DNA from: a candidate division WOR-3 bacterium
GTDB lineage: Bacteria; Hydrothermota; Tepidihabitantia; Tepidihabitantales; Tepidihabitantaceae
Direction: 5' to 3'
Assembly (NCBI GenBank): GCA_965648905.1
Contig: CBFGIT010000005.1
Coordinates: 32,001 to 96,000, forward strand
Length of the DNA: 64,000 nt
Part shown: piece by piece, positions 62,502 through 64,000 of the stretch
How positions within the stretch are numbered: position 1 is the first letter of the stretch
How the letters are laid out: each line of letters opens with the position of its first letter
The notes under the pieces: model-generated
Databases searched by the model: none
Told to the model about the DNA's origin: nothing
Seen by the model: the letters and a program-made list of their open reading frames with translations, nothing else
Position numbers and translations under genes: made by a program

Positions 62502-64000
62502 CTATGCCTTGTCGGTCCGGCTCCTGCCCCGGGCGAGCAGTTCGCTCAGACTATAGTTCACGCTCGTGACGCCGAAGTCCGGCTCGCGCTGGAACGGCGA
62601 CTTGATGTAGATAGGCTCGCTTGCAGTCTGGCCCGCGACCGGCACGATGGCGAGGATATACTCGTCCGGTTTGTTCAGGCCGGTAAGTATCTCGTTCTTG
62701 GTGATGGTCACGGTGTCGGCGTTCTCGGCCCGGCCTTTGACTTCGATGAAGAGCAGCCTGCCGGTGTTCGGAATCGCCGACTCGATATCATAGCCCAGGT
62801 TCTGGTCGGAAACATCCTGGGGCAGGCGGCCAAGTCGCCGCTCGGTTGCCATCACCGCGGCCATTGCCAGTTGCTCGACCGCTTTTCGGTCAGCCTCAGC
62901 CCGGTCGTGAACTGCCGGAGCTTGGCCGCTCAACCGGTCGATCAGTCCCTGGGGCACGACGAGCGCACCGCCGATGACTACGGGCGGCAGGGGCGAGATG
63001 CTGCGCTCCTGTTCAAGTTCCTCAAGGCGCTTCTGCATCCGCGCCTGCAGTTCGTCCGCGCGCTGGCGGGCCTTTCCAGAGTTCATCCTGGCATTGGGTT
63101 TGCCCGCGAGTTCCTGTTCCTTGAGTTGGTTCGCACGATGGTCCCAGTAGTTGATCTCTTTGGACAACCGTTCTTTGACGGCCTGGGAAGTCCGGGAGAT
63201 GAGGTCGAGCTTGGTGCGCCTGACTTCTTCGAGGTGGCGGGGGATAAGGTGCTCGGCCGCGTATTGCAGAATCGTCGACTCGTGGTCGCGCGTCAGCCAG
63301 TCGGCCTCCAGCTCACCGGCTATCAAACGCCGGTTCTCTTCGCTGATTGGGGCGTAGTTCAGGTACGGAGCCGAGCCGGCGTTCCTGACGTTGCCGTCGC
63401 GGTCGATTTCCATGAACTGCAACCGCTTGGAGACGATTCGCCGCGTGCCGTCGCGGTTCAACCGGCCGTCCTGCAGCGCGTGTTCGAGAAAGAAGAGCAT
63501 CCGCACCCGGTCTGAGGTATCGGTCGGGTCAACCAGTACCGCACCGCGCTTGAGCACGTCGCGGTCTCTTTCCAGCAGCAGGTCGATAGTCGCATCCAGC
63601 AGGGGATGGCCCGGGCAGACAAACTCGGCCATCGGTTTACCGGAGAGGCTCATCAGTTCCTTGTCAAAGCAGATGCGCTCGTAGCGTGACAGCAGGGGTG
63701 TGCCGACACCGATGAGCCGGTCCCGCTGGCGTAAGGCGGCTGGGACGTGCTTGATTTCGAACCGGCGCGGCTCGCGTTCGTGGATGGTGCCGCCGAGGCG
63801 GCGAAAGGCCTCGATGAAGAAAGTGCGGATGAAGTGCGGCTGGAGCCGGCGCGCCTCGGCCCGCTCCATGTCTTCGCGCACGCGTCGCACCTTGGCCGCA
63901 TCCATCGCATCATGAGCCAGGGCCCGCTCTTCGAGCAGGTCACACAGGTGCTCGTGGTCGAGCTTCTCGTCGATGACCTGATTCAGCCGGGCCTTGACTT
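62502..64000 (-). CDS. SNF2-family helicase C-terminal part with DUF3883 (PD-(D/E)XK) nuclease; 5' end outside the window
   Basis: ARRLQPHFI..FF, PGHPL, VKERLSKEINYWD, GYDIES...LFIEVKGR, TKNE; frame is open to the window end. Confidence 0.88.
   Translation of the reverse strand, partial: VKARLNQVIDEKLDHEHLCDLLEERALAHDAMDAAKVRRVREDMERAEARRLQPHFIRTFFIEAFRRLGGTIHEREPRRFEIKHVPAALRQRDRLIGVGTPLLSRYERICFDKELMSLSGKPMAEFVCPGHPLLDATIDLLLERDRDVLKRGAVLVDPTDTSDRVRMLFFLEHALQDGRLNRDGTRRIVSKRLQFMEIDRDGNVRNAGSAPYLNYAPISEENRRLIAGELEADWLTRDHESTILQYAAEHLIPRHLEEVRRTKLDLISRTSQAVKERLSKEINYWDHRANQLKEQELAGKPNARMNSGKARQRADELQARMQKRLEELEQERSISPLPPVVIGGALVVPQGLIDRLSGQAPAVHDRAEADRKAVEQLAMAAVMATERRLGRLPQDVSDQNLGYDIESAIPNTGRLLFIEVKGRAENADTVTITKNEILTGLNKPDEYILAIVPVAGQTASEPIYIKSPFQREPDFGVTSVNYSLSELLARGRSRTDKA

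Noticed and set aside
61887..63515. 542-aa plus-strand ORF, and similar long antisense ORFs (1281-2195, 8662-9819, 12434-13393, 30386-31336, 45659-46573, 50369-51385)
   Set aside because: Each mirrors a recognisable gene on the opposite strand.

Overview
GC-rich bacterial chromosomal window from a diderm organism. Two large secreted CARDB/Kelch proteins with T9SS-like C-termini suggest a WOR-3/FCB-like lineage; this is inference only. Housekeeping content: tRNA-Leu-tig-clpP-clpX, arcC, hypC, a DegT aminotransferase, a DtxR/MntR-feoA-feoB-feoC-zupT operon with two operator boxes, btuB with a cobalamin riboswitch, hslV, glyQ, an ECF sigma/anti-sigma pair and mnmA. The right end holds a DUF499/DUF1156/SNF2 restriction-like defence locus. 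Best novelty candidates: (1) an operon at 36179-40408 encoding a Trp/Cys-rich secreted subunit, a tandem-duplicated PapD/EcpB-like chaperone, a secretin and an outer-membrane beta-barrel, with no usher, ATPase or prepilin (a possible chaperone-secretin fibre or surface-export system); (2) four intergenic arrays with degenerate 12-nt periodicity, next to copies of a shared ~27-bp TAA...TTA-type motif; (3) a c-type cytochrome/Reeler/DUF5777 cluster; (4) a sigma54-preceded signalling operon ending in an orphan PilB/GspE ATPase; (5) a majority of sigma70-like promoters with 16-nt spacers, several apparently leaderless. All calls come from reading motifs by eye; no database searches were run.
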